In this document: positions 40,044 through 50,150 of the stretch, one piece after another | Numbering within the stretch: the first letter of the stretch is position 1 | How the letters are laid out: every line of letters begins with the position of its first letter | From: a virus | Strand: one strand, 5' to 3' | Virus record (IMG/VR): IMGVR_UViG_3300032249_000480 | Span: 32,001-96,000 of that record | Length of the DNA: 64,000 nucleotides | Program-made: the position numbers and the translations under genes | Notes under the pieces: generated by a model | What the model saw: only the letters and a program-made list of their open reading frames with translations | Told to the model about the DNA's origin: nothing | Database searches by the model: none

Positions 40044-40694
40044 ATGAGCGTAGTAAAGGGACTCAAAAATATTAATGCCCTGCTTGATAAGCCAAAATCA
40101 GAATCATCAGGTATCAAAGTTCGTTGGGTTAAACTAGCGGATGGTCAATCAGCAAAGATTCGCTTTGTTGAAGAGTTGGACTCAGATTCAGCACATTTTA
40201 CAGAAGATCGTGGTCTTGCTGTAGTAATTTCAGAACACACAAATCCAAAAGACTATAAGCGAAAGGCTGCTTGTACACAAGACTCGCTAGGCCGTTGCTT
40301 TGGCTGTGAGATGGCCCGTAAAGAGCCTAAGAGCGGTTGGAGAGCACGTTTGCGCTTCTACTGCAATGTTCTTGTGGATGATGGCACTGAAGAGCCTTAT
40401 GTAGCCGTATGGTCACAAGGTATCAGCAAGCAATCAGCATTTAATAACATTCGTGAATATGCCCTAGAAACAGGAAGTATCACAAATCTTAGTTGGAAGT
40501 TAAAGCGTAATGGTCAAGGAACTGAGACCAACTACACACTTCTTCCAACTGCTCCAGACGCAGAACCATACACATGGACTGTTGAAGGATTCAACCTAGA
40601 AAAGGTTGTTCGTGAAGTGCCATATCCAGAACAAGAAGCATTTTACTTTGGATTTGATACTCCATCAGTTACCTCATCAGATGTTCAGTGGTAA
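40044..40694 (+). CDS. Single-stranded DNA-binding protein (gp32-like)
   Basis: KIRFVEE, H..C...CFGC zinc site, KRNGQGTETNY, short tail ending in W; strong RBS. Confidence 0.7.
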   Translation: MSVVKGLKNINALLDKPKSESSGIKVRWVKLADGQSAKIRFVEELDSDSAHFTEDRGLAVVISEHTNPKDYKRKAACTQDSLGRCFGCEMARKEPKSGWRARLRFYCNVLVDDGTEEPYVAVWSQGISKQSAFNNIREYALETGSITNLSWKLKRNGQGTETNYTLLPTAPDAEPYTWTVEGFNLEKVVREVPYPEQEAFYFGFDTPSVTSSDVQW

Positions 40695-40698
40695 TTAA

Positions 40699-43600
40699 TT
40701 GAACTACGTTGGCTTACACGTACATACCCATTACTCACTATTTGACGGCGTAGCAACTCCACAAGAGTATGTTGATCGTGCTAGTGCTTTAGGTATGCCT
40801 GCAATCGCAATCACAGACCATGGTACGTTATCAGGTCATCGTGAGATGTATCGCATGGCTAAAGAAAAGGGTATTAAGCCAATTCTTGGCGTAGAAGGCT
40901 ATATGTGTGCAGATAGATTTGACAAGAGAGCAAAGGCAGATCGCACTGATCCTCTTGATATGGTCTACAACCATATAGTTCTTCTCGCTAAGAACCAATT
41001 AGGTTTAGAGAATTTAAATAAAATTAATGAAATTGCATGGACTGAAGGATTTTTTAGCAAACCACGTTTTGATTTTGAAACATTAGAAAAGTATCATGAA
41101 GGAATTATTGTTACTTCTGCTTGTCCTAGTGGAATAGTTGCTAAGGCAGTAGAACTAGGCGAACTAGCAATAGCAAAGAAAAACCTTGAGTGGTTTAAAA
41201 AAGTTTTTGGTGAAGACTATTATGTAGAAATTATGCCACACAACTCTGCTGAAATTAATAAGCAATTAGTTGAACTTGCTGATGAATTTAATATTCAAAT
41301 TGTAGCAACTCCAGACTGCCACCATGTTGATGAATCACAAAAAGAAATTCAAGAATTTAAATTGCTAATGAACTCTCATGCAAAGGTTCAAAAAAATATT
41401 ACATATGAAAAGTCTAAAAAGCAAGACGGAATGATGAAACGACTAGACTATCTTTATGGAGAAGATCGTCAAATGTCATTTAACAAGTTTGATATTCATT
41501 TACTTTCATACGAAGAGATTAAACTCGCTATGGAAAATCAGGGTATTGACAGACAAGACTTATACTCTAATAGTATTAGTATTGCAGATAAGATTGATGA
41601 CTATGATATTAAAGATGGACTAAACCTTCTTCCTGTTCAGTATAAAGAGCCAGGCAAACAACTAAAGAAATTGGCTCTTGAAGGTTTGGTTGCTAGAGGT
41701 TTTGGAGATAACCAAGAATATCTTGATCGTTTAGATGAAGAATTGAAAATTATTAATGATAAAAATTTTGGTCCATATTTTCTAGTTGTTCAAAGCATGA
41801 TTGCATGGGCAAAGAAAGAAGATATTATGGTTGGGCCTGGCCGTGGTTCTGCAGCAGGTTCATTACTTTGCTATTGTCTAAACATTACAGACATTGATCC
41901 AATCAAACATGGACTGCTATTCTTCAGATTTATTAATCCAGAACGTAATGACTTTCCAGATATTGATACAGATATTCAGGATACTCGTCGTGAAGAAGTA
42001 AAAGATTATCTTGTTAGACAGTATCGCCATGTTGCATCTATTGCTACCTTCCTTCAATTTAAAGATAAGGGAGTAGTTAGAGATATTGCACGAGTTCTCA
42101 ACATTCCACTTCCAGATGTTAATAAAGTTCTTAAACTTGTAGATACATGGGATGATTTTTGTAATTCAAAATCTACAAGAGAATTTCGTGACAAGTATCC
42201 AGAAGTAGAAATTTATGGAGAGCAACTTCGTGGTCGTATTCGTGGAACAGGTATTCACGCAGCAGGAGTTGTAACAAGTAAGGATCCAATTTTTAGATTT
42301 GCTCCAATGGAAACTCGTTCATCTCCAGGATCTGACGAAAGAATACCAGTTGTTGGTGTAGACATGTCAGAAGCAGAACGTATTGGTCTTATTAAGATTG
42401 ATGCTTTAGGTTTAAAAACTTTGTCTGTTCTTAAAAATACTCTTGATATTATTAAAGATCGTCATAAGAAAACCATTAATCTTCTTGAGGTTCCAATGGA
42501 TGACAAAAATGTTTATCAAATGCTTTCTGATGGATATACAAAGGGTGTTTTTCAATGTGAAGCAACTCCTTACACAAACCTTCTTGTTAAAATGGGTGTA
42601 AAAAATCTAGATGAACTTGCTGCTTCAAATGCATTAGTTCGTCCAGGTGCTGCTAATACTATTGGAAAAGATTACATTGCTCGCAAGCACGGTAAGCAAA
42701 ATGTTTCTTATAGTCATCAGGTTATGAAACCATTTACACAAGATACATACGGATGCATTCTATATCAGGAGCAAGTCATGCAGGCTTGCGTTCATCTTGG
42801 AGGAATGTCAATGTCTGATGCTGATAAAGTTCGTAAAATTATTGGTAAGAAAAAAGATGCTAAAGAATTTAATATATTTCAAGACCAGTTCGTTAAGGGT
42901 GCATCTCAATATATTAGTCCAAATGCTGCCTTAGATTTGTGGCATGACTTTGAAGCACACGCAGGGTATTCATTTAACAAATCACATGCCGTAGCATATT
43001 CAACATTATCTTATTGGACAGCATGGCTTAAATATCATTATCCATTAGAGTTTATGTATTCAGTATTAAAAAATGAAAAAGACAAGGATGCTCGCACAGA
43101 ATATCTAATTGAAGCAAAGCGCATGAATATTCCCATTAAATTGCCACATATTAATGAATCAGACACTGATTTTAAAATTGAAGGCAAAGGTATTCGTTTT
43201 GGATTAACTGGAATTAAGTTTATTTCAGATAACATTGCTTCAAAATATATTAAGGGTCGTCCTTTTAAATCATATAAAGAACTAGAAGAGTTTACTTTTA
43301 CAAAAGGTAACGGAGTTAATAGTCGTGCACTAAATGCTTTGCGTCTTATTGGAGCAGCAACATTTGCGGATCAACCAATAAATGAAAAAGAAGTAAAAGA
43401 AAATCTCTATGAGTTTCTTAATCTTCCAGAATTTAACATTACAATACCTTCTCATTATTATGCTTTTATTCAAGATATTGAAGAGTTTGAAGAGAAAGGT
43501 TCTTTTATTTTAATGGGAATGGTAAAATCAATTAAGCGAGGAACTGGATGGTCAAGGGTAGAAGTTTTAGATAAAACTGGAAGCGTAGGAATATTTGACG

Positions 43601-43968
43601 ATGAACAAACAACAATTGAAGCAGGTGTATCCTATCTTATTTTAGCCAATGACAATCGCATACTTAGCGCAATTCCTGTTGATAAAATAAAAGAGTCAAA
43701 TTCAGGGCTTGTAAAGTTTTTAAACTACAAGCAAATACCATATACAGATGAAGAAATGTTTGTGGTTTCTTTTAAGCCAAGAGTTACAAAGGCTGGGAAA
43801 AAAATGGCTTCAATTACAGTAGCAGATTCATCAAGAGAACTTCATTCCATTACGGTATTCCCAACTGCATTTGCAAAGGCATACATGAAGATTGAAGAAG
43901 GAAATGCTTATAAATTTAGTTTAGGAAAAACAAAAGATGGGACAACAATAATGGAGGATGTACAATAA
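40699..43968 (+). CDS. dnaE: DNA polymerase III alpha subunit (DnaE) with PHP domain
   Basis: HVHTHYSLFDG, ITDHG, GPGRGSAAGS, FPDIDTD, HAAGVV, YSFNKSHAVAY. Confidence 0.97.
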   Translation: MNYVGLHVHTHYSLFDGVATPQEYVDRASALGMPAIAITDHGTLSGHREMYRMAKEKGIKPILGVEGYMCADRFDKRAKADRTDPLDMVYNHIVLLAKNQLGLENLNKINEIAWTEGFFSKPRFDFETLEKYHEGIIVTSACPSGIVAKAVELGELAIAKKNLEWFKKVFGEDYYVEIMPHNSAEINKQLVELADEFNIQIVATPDCHHVDESQKEIQEFKLLMNSHAKVQKNITYEKSKKQDGMMKRLDYLYGEDRQMSFNKFDIHLLSYEEIKLAMENQGIDRQDLYSNSISIADKIDDYDIKDGLNLLPVQYKEPGKQLKKLALEGLVARGFGDNQEYLDRLDEELKIINDKNFGPYFLVVQSMIAWAKKEDIMVGPGRGSAAGSLLCYCLNITDIDPIKHGLLFFRFINPERNDFPDIDTDIQDTRREEVKDYLVRQYRHVASIATFLQFKDKGVVRDIARVLNIPLPDVNKVLKLVDTWDDFCNSKSTREFRDKYPEVEIYGEQLRGRIRGTGIHAAGVVTSKDPIFRFAPMETRSSPGSDERIPVVGVDMSEAERIGLIKIDALGLKTLSVLKNTLDIIKDRHKKTINLLEVPMDDKNVYQMLSDGYTKGVFQCEATPYTNLLVKMGVKNLDELAASNALVRPGAANTIGKDYIARKHGKQNVSYSHQVMKPFTQDTYGCILYQEQVMQACVHLGGMSMSDADKVRKIIGKKKDAKEFNIFQDQFVKGASQYISPNAALDLWHDFEAHAGYSFNKSHAVAYSTLSYWTAWLKYHYPLEFMYSVLKNEKDKDARTEYLIEAKRMNIPIKLPHINESDTDFKIEGKGIRFGLTGIKFISDNIASKYIKGRPFKSYKELEEFTFTKGNGVNSRALNALRLIGAATFADQPINEKEVKENLYEFLNLPEFNITIPSHYYAFIQDIEEFEEKGSFILMGMVKSIKRGTGWSRVEVLDKTGSVGIFDDEQTTIEAGVSYLILANDNRILSAIPVDKIKESNSGLVKFLNYKQIPYTDEEMFVVSFKPRVTKAGKKMASITVADSSRELHSITVFPTAFAKAYMKIEEGNAYKFSLGKTKDGTTIMEDVQ

Positions 43969-44285
43969 TGCTTAACGAACTAGCGGTTGAACTGCATAAA
44001 ACAGCAACAGATAAAGGCTTCTGGGATACTCCAGTAGATGATATTTTTATTGCCAAACAATGTATGATGATTGTTTCTGAAGTAACTGAGGTAATGGAAG
44101 CAATCAGAAAATCAAAGGGTAGTGAAGAGGTAACAAAAGAAGTTGCAGATATCCTAATTCGCACACTAGATCTATACGCTGGAATGTTTAACAATGGATA
44201 TGTAACTCATTCACTTGATGAGATGTTTGAAGAAAAAACTCAATTTAACACTACTCGTCCAGAAAAGCATGGGGTAAAATTCTAA
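43968..44285 (+). CDS. MazG-like nucleotide pyrophosphohydrolase
   Basis: SEVTEVMEAIRK...EVADILIRTLD. Confidence 0.8.
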   Translation: MLNELAVELHKTATDKGFWDTPVDDIFIAKQCMMIVSEVTEVMEAIRKSKGSEEVTKEVADILIRTLDLYAGMFNNGYVTHSLDEMFEEKTQFNTTRPEKHGVKF

Positions 44286-45304
44286 TGACTATGACAGTTG
44301 AAGATGTATTAGCACAACTAAACCCTAAGTTACGTAAAACTATCATGGTTGGTGATGCTTTGCCACCAACAGAATATGCTGCAACTCCTAGTTTTGGGCT
44401 TAACAAGGCTTTAAATGGTGGATTACCATATGGTCGTCAAATACTTGTTTGGGGTTCTAAATCATCTGCAAAGTCCTCTCTATGCCTTCAGATGATTGGT
44501 TTGGCACAGAAGGAAGGAAAAATCTGTGCTTGGATTGATGCAGAGATGTCTTACGATAAAAATTGGGCAACTAAACTTGGAGTAGATACTTCTAAGTTAA
44601 TTGTTTCACAATGTCGTACAATTAATGAAATGGTAGATATTGGAACCAATCTTATGAATGCTGGAGTTGATATGATTGTTATTGATAGTATTACTTCTCT
44701 TCTTCCAGCAATTTATTTTGAAAAGGATTCAGATGAACTTAAACAACTTGAAAATACAAAACAAATCGGTGCGGAGTCTAGAGACTTTAGTAATGCATGG
44801 AAAATGCTTAACTATGCAAACAATAAAGTTAAGCCAACTATGCTTGTTCTTATTTCTCAGTCTCGTAACAATATCAGTGCTATGTATACTAGCCAGCAGC
44901 CTACTGGTGGTCAGGCTACTAAGTTTTATTCCTCAACTGTTATTAAGTTATTTTCTTCTGAATCCGACAACCAAGCAATTAAAGGAAAGATTCCCGTTGG
45001 AGATAAACTTATTGAAGAAAAAATTGGTCGCAAAGTACTTTGGCAATTACAATTTTCTAAAACTTCTCCTGGTTTTCAGTCTGGTGAGTATGACTTTTAT
45101 TTCAGGGGAAATGATGTTGGCATTGATAGCATTGGTGATCTTGTTGATACGGCTGAACTCGCAGGACTAGTAACTAGAACTGGTGCCTGGTATCTTCTTC
45201 CAGATGGAACAAAGGTTCAAGGTCGTGAAGGATTTGTTAATAGAGTAAAGGAAGACTTAGATCTTCAGGATTTACTGAAAAGCCAACTGATAAATGTCTC
45301 ATAA
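44285..45304 (+). CDS. recA: RecA-like recombinase
   Basis: GGLPYGR, GSKSSAKS, WIDAE, IVIDS, TGGQATKFYSS, GAWY. Confidence 0.9.
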   Translation: MTMTVEDVLAQLNPKLRKTIMVGDALPPTEYAATPSFGLNKALNGGLPYGRQILVWGSKSSAKSSLCLQMIGLAQKEGKICAWIDAEMSYDKNWATKLGVDTSKLIVSQCRTINEMVDIGTNLMNAGVDMIVIDSITSLLPAIYFEKDSDELKQLENTKQIGAESRDFSNAWKMLNYANNKVKPTMLVLISQSRNNISAMYTSQQPTGGQATKFYSSTVIKLFSSESDNQAIKGKIPVGDKLIEEKIGRKVLWQLQFSKTSPGFQSGEYDFYFRGNDVGIDSIGDLVDTAELAGLVTRTGAWYLLPDGTKVQGREGFVNRVKEDLDLQDLLKSQLINVS

Positions 45305-45476
45305 ACCTTTTACTGTACATAAAGGAACATTCCTTTGTCAAGAGTGTAAGATAGAAGTTTACTCAATGAGATATTGGGGTGAAACTGGCAAAGCAAGTTG
45401 GATGTGCAAAGATAAACATTTAAGTGAAATTCAGTTAATATATGTGAAAGGTATGCATCGTGAGCGAAAAGAATGA
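45294..45476 (+). CDS. Small zinc-binding protein
   Basis: CQEC...CKDKH. Confidence 0.55.
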   Translation: MSHKPFTVHKGTFLCQECKIEVYSMRYWGETGKASWMCKDKHLSEIQLIYVKGMHRERKE

Positions 45477-45756
45477 GGCTAAAAGAATTGGCGCTAAACA
45501 ACATAAAAATTCTGGTCGTAATACTCAAAAAGGTGATGCAACTTGGAAAGGCTTTGTGGTTGATTTTAAAGAAGTCTCCAAGTCTTTTACCCTAAATCAG
45601 GATGTTTGGGCTAAGGTAACTACAGATGCAATTAAAGCGGGTACAGACAAAGCACCAGCAATTGTAGTAATACTTGGAGAAGGAAATACAAAGGTAAGAC
45701 TTGCTATAATTGAGATGGAAATGTTAGAACAGTTAACGGAGGAACAATATGAGTAA
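45460..45756 (+). CDS. PD-(D/E)xK nuclease, Hjc-type resolvase-like
   Basis: E..A, NSGR..KGD, VVDFKE. Confidence 0.6.
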   Translation: MSEKNEAKRIGAKQHKNSGRNTQKGDATWKGFVVDFKEVSKSFTLNQDVWAKVTTDAIKAGTDKAPAIVVILGEGNTKVRLAIIEMEMLEQLTEEQYE

Positions 45757-46288
45757 TAATATACTTCTTGATAATGTTTTATCAGAAGAACAGGTTGAAA
45801 GAATTAAGCAGAAATCATTTAAATATATGACAGAACTTACAACCTTTGTAGGTGATTTTGATAAGGATGGAGATAAAACAAAATTAACTAAAATTGTTAA
45901 TAGTTTTACTGGAAGAGCATTGGTTCATTGTTTTGAACTAGATGATGACATTATTGATTCTTTTTTAAATTGCCTTAAATTAAATGGGTTTGATCAATAT
46001 TTTTATATAAATTCTACATCATATGCAGAATATAGTTTAAAGTATGGAAATCCAAAACTTCCAGAACATAGAGATAATCCAAACACATCTGATCATATTA
46101 TTGTTGATTATCAAATTGATTCTAATATTAACTGGCCAGTAATAGTTGATGACAATGAATACATCATGAAAGACAACTCTATGTTAGTTTTTAATGGGAT
46201 TGAACAATATCATTCAAGACCAAAGATTATTTTCAAAGATAAAGAATTTGTTAAAGTTTTACTTATACGATTTGATAGGATAATATAA
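45749..46288 (+). CDS. 2OG-Fe(II) oxygenase-like protein inserted in the recombination operon
   Basis: LPEHRD, WPVIVD, FNGIEQYHSR; visibly more AT-rich than neighbours. Confidence 0.65.
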   Translation: MSNNILLDNVLSEEQVERIKQKSFKYMTELTTFVGDFDKDGDKTKLTKIVNSFTGRALVHCFELDDDIIDSFLNCLKLNGFDQYFYINSTSYAEYSLKYGNPKLPEHRDNPNTSDHIIVDYQIDSNINWPVIVDDNEYIMKDNSMLVFNGIEQYHSRPKIIFKDKEFVKVLLIRFDRII

Positions 46289-46593
46289 TGGAACAAAAAG
46301 AAACAACACTAGATATGGTAAATGGATTAGCAGAAATTGCTGATTATATGCAGGATGAGGAACTGACACAGGCATTAACTTTTATTGCTAAGATTATTAT
46401 AAAGCCTGATATTCCGAATCAGGTAGCAACTATTGAAATTGTTAGACTTCAGGCTATTGCTGCAAAAATGGCATTCAAGGCTACGTGGATGGCCAATGTT
46501 GATAAATCTGACAGAGGAAAGAAAAATCTATATTATACTGCTGCAGAATCAATTAACAACTTAGTTGCAGCACTCAAATACACAACACGATAG
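46288..46593 (+). CDS. Hypothetical helical protein
   Basis: Coupled ORF. Confidence 0.65.
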   Translation: MEQKETTLDMVNGLAEIADYMQDEELTQALTFIAKIIIKPDIPNQVATIEIVRLQAIAAKMAFKATWMANVDKSDRGKKNLYYTAAESINNLVAALKYTTR

Positions 46594-46629
46594 TCTGATA
46601 TACTTAATAAAACAGAAAAGAGTTTTAAA

Positions 46630-47442
46630 TTGACAAAAAATTTATTAAAAAGCGTAATGATTAAAACAGCAGAAAAGAAAATGACAATAGATAATCAGGC
46701 TTTAATTTCAAAGATTCAGTCTGGATATATTGAGGGACGTACTGCAAAGCATACACAAAAGAAAACTTTTGCTCCTTCTACAATTGCTTGGAGTCATGGA
46801 GAGTGTCCACGTTATTGGTATCTAGCATTTGAAGGTAATACCTTTGAAGATGATACAACTCCATATAGCGCAGCAAATATGTCATCTGGAACTATGGGCC
46901 ATGACAGAATTCAGGGTGCAATGATGAAGGCTGGCGTTGCTACAATATTTAAAGATGATGCTGGAAATGATACAACAGAGTTTAAAGTTTTTAATACTGA
47001 TCCCCCAATTTTTGGGTATGGCGATGTCATGCTTAATTGGGAAGGTGAGGAAATTGTTGGTGAAATTAAAACAATGATGAATGAAGCATTTGAGTATCGT
47101 AAAAATTCAGGCACACCTAAGTCTGGACACGTTATTCAGTTGCTTATTTATATGAAGATTCTTAAGAAAGCAAAGGGGATGCTTATCTATGAGAATAAAA
47201 ATAATCATGAACTACTAATCTTTGAGGTTGGTGTTAATGATCAGTATAGACAATGGGTAGACTATGCGTTTAACTGGATGCGAGAAGTTCGCAAATCTTG
47301 GGAAGATAAAGTTCTTCCTACAAAAAACTACAGATCTAATTCAAAGATTTGTAAAGGTTGCCCAGTAAAAGAAGCGTGTGGTAATGCAGGGGTAGGATCT
47401 GTAAAGATCGCATCTCTGGAGGAACTGAGTGAAACTATGTAA
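46630..47442 (+). CDS. Cas4/RecB-like PD-(D/E)xK exonuclease
   Basis: ECPR, GTMGHDRIQ, GYGD, EIKT, QLLIYM, CKGCPVKEAC. Confidence 0.85.
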   Translation: MTKNLLKSVMIKTAEKKMTIDNQALISKIQSGYIEGRTAKHTQKKTFAPSTIAWSHGECPRYWYLAFEGNTFEDDTTPYSAANMSSGTMGHDRIQGAMMKAGVATIFKDDAGNDTTEFKVFNTDPPIFGYGDVMLNWEGEEIVGEIKTMMNEAFEYRKNSGTPKSGHVIQLLIYMKILKKAKGMLIYENKNNHELLIFEVGVNDQYRQWVDYAFNWMREVRKSWEDKVLPTKNYRSNSKICKGCPVKEACGNAGVGSVKIASLEELSETM

Positions 47443-47725
47443 TTGGTGTGATGCATCATTCAAACCTGCAGTTTCTTATCAAATATATTGTTCTGAACAA
47501 TGTAGAGAACTTGCAACAAAAGAAAAGATTGCTGAACGTCATAAAGTTTTAAAAAGAAAGAAAAGATTTGGTAAAGAAAGAAAATGTCTTGGCGGATGTG
47601 GAACTTCTTTAACTGTTTATAATGATTCTGGGTTTTGTGCTAATTGCAATATTAACCCAAAAGATGTGAACAAGGCATTAAAAGAACTAAAAAGATTGGG
47701 AATTATAGAGTATGAGCAAGAATAA
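47429..47725 (+). CDS. Cys-rich zinc-binding protein
   Basis: CNWC, YCSEQC, CLGGC, CANC. Confidence 0.65.
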   Translation: MKLCNWCDASFKPAVSYQIYCSEQCRELATKEKIAERHKVLKRKKRFGKERKCLGGCGTSLTVYNDSGFCANCNINPKDVNKALKELKRLGIIEYEQE

Positions 47726-48299
47726 GTGGGGATTAGAACTTCCACCTAAAAATATTTGTGCAATTGATGCTAGCACAAATAGTCTTGCTTATGCTGTTTT
47801 TTCTAATAAGAATATAACCGAATGCGGAAAAATTAATTTTCAAGGTGATGATATCTATGCTAAAGTTGGAGATGCAGCAAGAAAAACATTAGCATATTTT
47901 GATGCAGTAATAGATGCAGATGCTATCGTTATTGAACATACTGTTTTTATGAATAGCCCAAAAACTGCTGCAGATCTTGCTCTTGTTCAAGGAGCACTAT
48001 TAGGGGCTGCTGCAATGTATGGAATAACAACTGTTGGCAAAGTGTCACCAATCACTTGGCAAAATTATATAGGTAATAAAAAGATATCAAAAGATGAAAA
48101 ATTTTTTATTAGATCTAAAAATCCAGGCAAGTCAGAATCTTGGTATAAAACTTATGAAAGAGACCTAAGAAAAGAAAGAACAATTAAGTTTATTAATATA
48201 AACTACAATAAGAATATTACTGATAATGATGTTGCCGATGCTTGTGGTATTGGTCATTGGGCTATTAATAATTGGGGAAAAGCAATAGGTTTAGCATGA
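47712..48299 (+). CDS. RuvC-like Holliday junction resolvase
   Basis: AIDAST, IVIE, DNDVADACGIG. Confidence 0.8.
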   Translation: MSKNKWGLELPPKNICAIDASTNSLAYAVFSNKNITECGKINFQGDDIYAKVGDAARKTLAYFDAVIDADAIVIEHTVFMNSPKTAADLALVQGALLGAAAMYGITTVGKVSPITWQNYIGNKKISKDEKFFIRSKNPGKSESWYKTYERDLRKERTIKFININYNKNITDNDVADACGIGHWAINNWGKAIGLA

Positions 48300-48475
48300 G
48301 AAAACTTTTTTCTTTTAAAACTTTAAAAGCGCCAGTTTCTTTAGTAGTTAAAACTAAGTGTCCATCTAAGTGGCTTTTAATTGATAGAGAAACTGGACAA
48401 ATGTTTCAAGGTAGTGAAACTGGATACTGGGACAGATTAGATCCAAAAATAAAAACAAACAAGGAGATAAAATAA
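48296..48475 (+). CDS. Hypothetical protein
   Basis: ATGA overlap; TKCPSKWLLIDRETG. Confidence 0.55.
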   Translation: MRKLFSFKTLKAPVSLVVKTKCPSKWLLIDRETGQMFQGSETGYWDRLDPKIKTNKEIK

Positions 48476-49119
48476 TGCCAGAACTAAATGCAAATATACC
48501 CCCAATAAGTTGTTACGTAAGGGGAAACTTTTTAAGAGATCAAGAAGATAGCCATGATGAATATTTTCCATGTGTTATTTTTGGAGTATCAAGTATTAAA
48601 GGAAGAAGTCCTTTATTTCATTTTTTGATGGAAGACGGTGGACTCTGGTGGAGAATGCCAATTAATGCATTCTGTACTAAGCCAGGAGTTCCTGAAGAAC
48701 CTATCTATAACCTTATACTATGGAATTCATTTTCTCCACACATTGCTGTAACTAAATTTCAAAACCTAACCAACATGAGAATGTCATATCTTAATAGAGA
48801 AAAAGAAAGCATTCCTGGTAAGTATCTGTTTACACTTGACTGGCACAATCCAGAATCAAATATATTAGACGATGGATATTCAGAAAGTCCAGCAGACCAT
48901 AAGTGTGGCCACGTTATACAAAGAGATGACGGAAACTTTGCGATTCAGCCTAATAATAGAGTTAAATTATATGAACCATCATTTGTAACAAAGCAAAGCC
49001 TATTACTTCACAGACTTGTAAATACAAACAAGTGGGATGTTGAAAGTTATGATAAGTGGGTATTAGAAGATTCAAATGCATACAACTATGATATTTTTGA
49101 GCCAGAGGTTGACAAATAA
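48475..49119 (+). CDS. Hypothetical protein
   Basis: AAGGAG RBS; GKYLFTLDW, HKCGH, GNFAIQPNNR. Confidence 0.7.
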   Translation: MPELNANIPPISCYVRGNFLRDQEDSHDEYFPCVIFGVSSIKGRSPLFHFLMEDGGLWWRMPINAFCTKPGVPEEPIYNLILWNSFSPHIAVTKFQNLTNMRMSYLNREKESIPGKYLFTLDWHNPESNILDDGYSESPADHKCGHVIQRDDGNFAIQPNNRVKLYEPSFVTKQSLLLHRLVNTNKWDVESYDKWVLEDSNAYNYDIFEPEVDK

Positions 49120-49137
49120 CATTATGCCTGCTAAACT
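49109..49137 (+). promoter_or_regulatory. SigmaA-type promoter
   Basis: TTGACA-17 nt-TAAACT with TG extension. Confidence 0.6.
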
Positions 49138-49279
49138 ATATACAAGTGAGTCTTGGCTTCGTAAACGCTATGTTATGGACAAAAAGACTCCTGAAGACAT
49201 TGCTAAAGAGTGTGGATGCTCAGTGGAAACTGTATATGTATACCTTGCAAAATTTGGATTAAGGAGGTCTAGACGATGA
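49124..49279 (+). CDS. Small HTH protein
   Basis: WLRKRY..KKTPEDIAKECGCSVETVYVYLAKFGL. Confidence 0.7.
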   Translation: MPAKLYTSESWLRKRYVMDKKTPEDIAKECGCSVETVYVYLAKFGLRRSRR

Positions 49280-49389
49280 AAAAGTTTATAATTCTTGTAG
49301 GCATTGCTTGCTCAGTTGGTATGATGTATGCAATATCAACATTAAAAGGAATGCCTGATGCTTTTGATTGGGAATCTGACGATGAGTGA
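49276..49389 (+). CDS. Small membrane peptide (37 aa, not in ORF track)
   Basis: AAGGAGG RBS, ATGA overlap, MKKFIILVGIACSVGMMYAISTLKGMPDAFDWESDDE. Confidence 0.6.
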   Translation: MKKFIILVGIACSVGMMYAISTLKGMPDAFDWESDDE

Positions 49390-49624
49390 TAGTTTAAACA
49401 TTACCGTAGATCAGGTTAATCATCCACGTCATTACACAACTGATCCTTCTGGTGTTGAGTGCATTGAAATAACACGTCACAGAAACTTTAATATTGGTAA
49501 TGCTTTTAAGTATTTATGGAGAGCAGGACTAAAGGATGAGGCTAAAACAATTCAAGATCTTGAAAAGGCTATTTTTTATATTAAAGATGAAATTAATAGA
49601 CTAGAAGGAAAGTATGTCAACTGA
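49382..49624 (+). CDS. DUF3310-family protein
   Basis: DQVNHPRHY, ECIEI, GNAFKYLWRAGLK, DLEKAIFY. Confidence 0.85.
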   Translation: MSDSLNITVDQVNHPRHYTTDPSGVECIEITRHRNFNIGNAFKYLWRAGLKDEAKTIQDLEKAIFYIKDEINRLEGKYVN

Positions 49625-50150
49625 AGAAGAGTTAGTTAAACATCTTGATCAAGTCAATACTGTTGTTGCAGAATATTTAAAGGGCAATGATCCAACAAAA
49701 ATTTCTAAAGAACTTGCAATTCCAAGAGTTAAAGTTGTAGAACTTATTAATGAATGGAAAGTTATGGCATCTGCTAATGATGCTATTCGTGCACGTGCAA
49801 AAGAAGCCTTAGCCTCCATGGACGCACACTATGGAAAACTTATTGCCAAATCTTATGAAGTTATTGATGAAGCATCTATGACTAATAATCTTGGTGCAAA
49901 GACTCAGGCAATTAAACTTGTTATGGATATTGAAGCAAAGCGTATTGATATGTTGCAAAAGGCTGGACTTCTTGAGAATAAAGAACTTGCAGAAGAAATG
50001 CTTGAAATTGAAAAGCGTCAAGAAGTTTTAGTATCAATACTTAGAGATGTTGCTACAACTCATCCAGAAGTTCGTGACTTAATTATGCAAAAATTATCTC
50101 AGGTTGCCAAAGAAGGCGAAGTGATTACAATTGTCCACGAAGTTCAATGA
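49614..50150 (+). CDS. Probable terminase small subunit
   Basis: N-terminal HTH, helical body, overlaps the terL start. Confidence 0.6.
   Translation: MSTEEELVKHLDQVNTVVAEYLKGNDPTKISKELAIPRVKVVELINEWKVMASANDAIRARAKEALASMDAHYGKLIAKSYEVIDEASMTNNLGAKTQAIKLVMDIEAKRIDMLQKAGLLENKELAEEMLEIEKRQEVLVSILRDVATTHPEVRDLIMQKLSQVAKEGEVITIVHEVQ

Noticed and set aside
40699-43968. Inteins or introns in DnaE (also checked NrdJ, DnaB, TerL)
   Set aside because: Motif spacing and lengths look normal; no intein-like insertion or interrupted frame seen
44676-45170. 164-aa alternative-frame ORF inside recA
   Set aside because: Leu-rich pattern typical of off-frame reading in AT-rich genes; no initiation signals
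46630-47442. Cas4-like gene as a sign of a CRISPR system
   Set aside because: No repeat-spacer array or other cas genes seen; solitary Cas4-like exonucleases are routine in phage recombination modules
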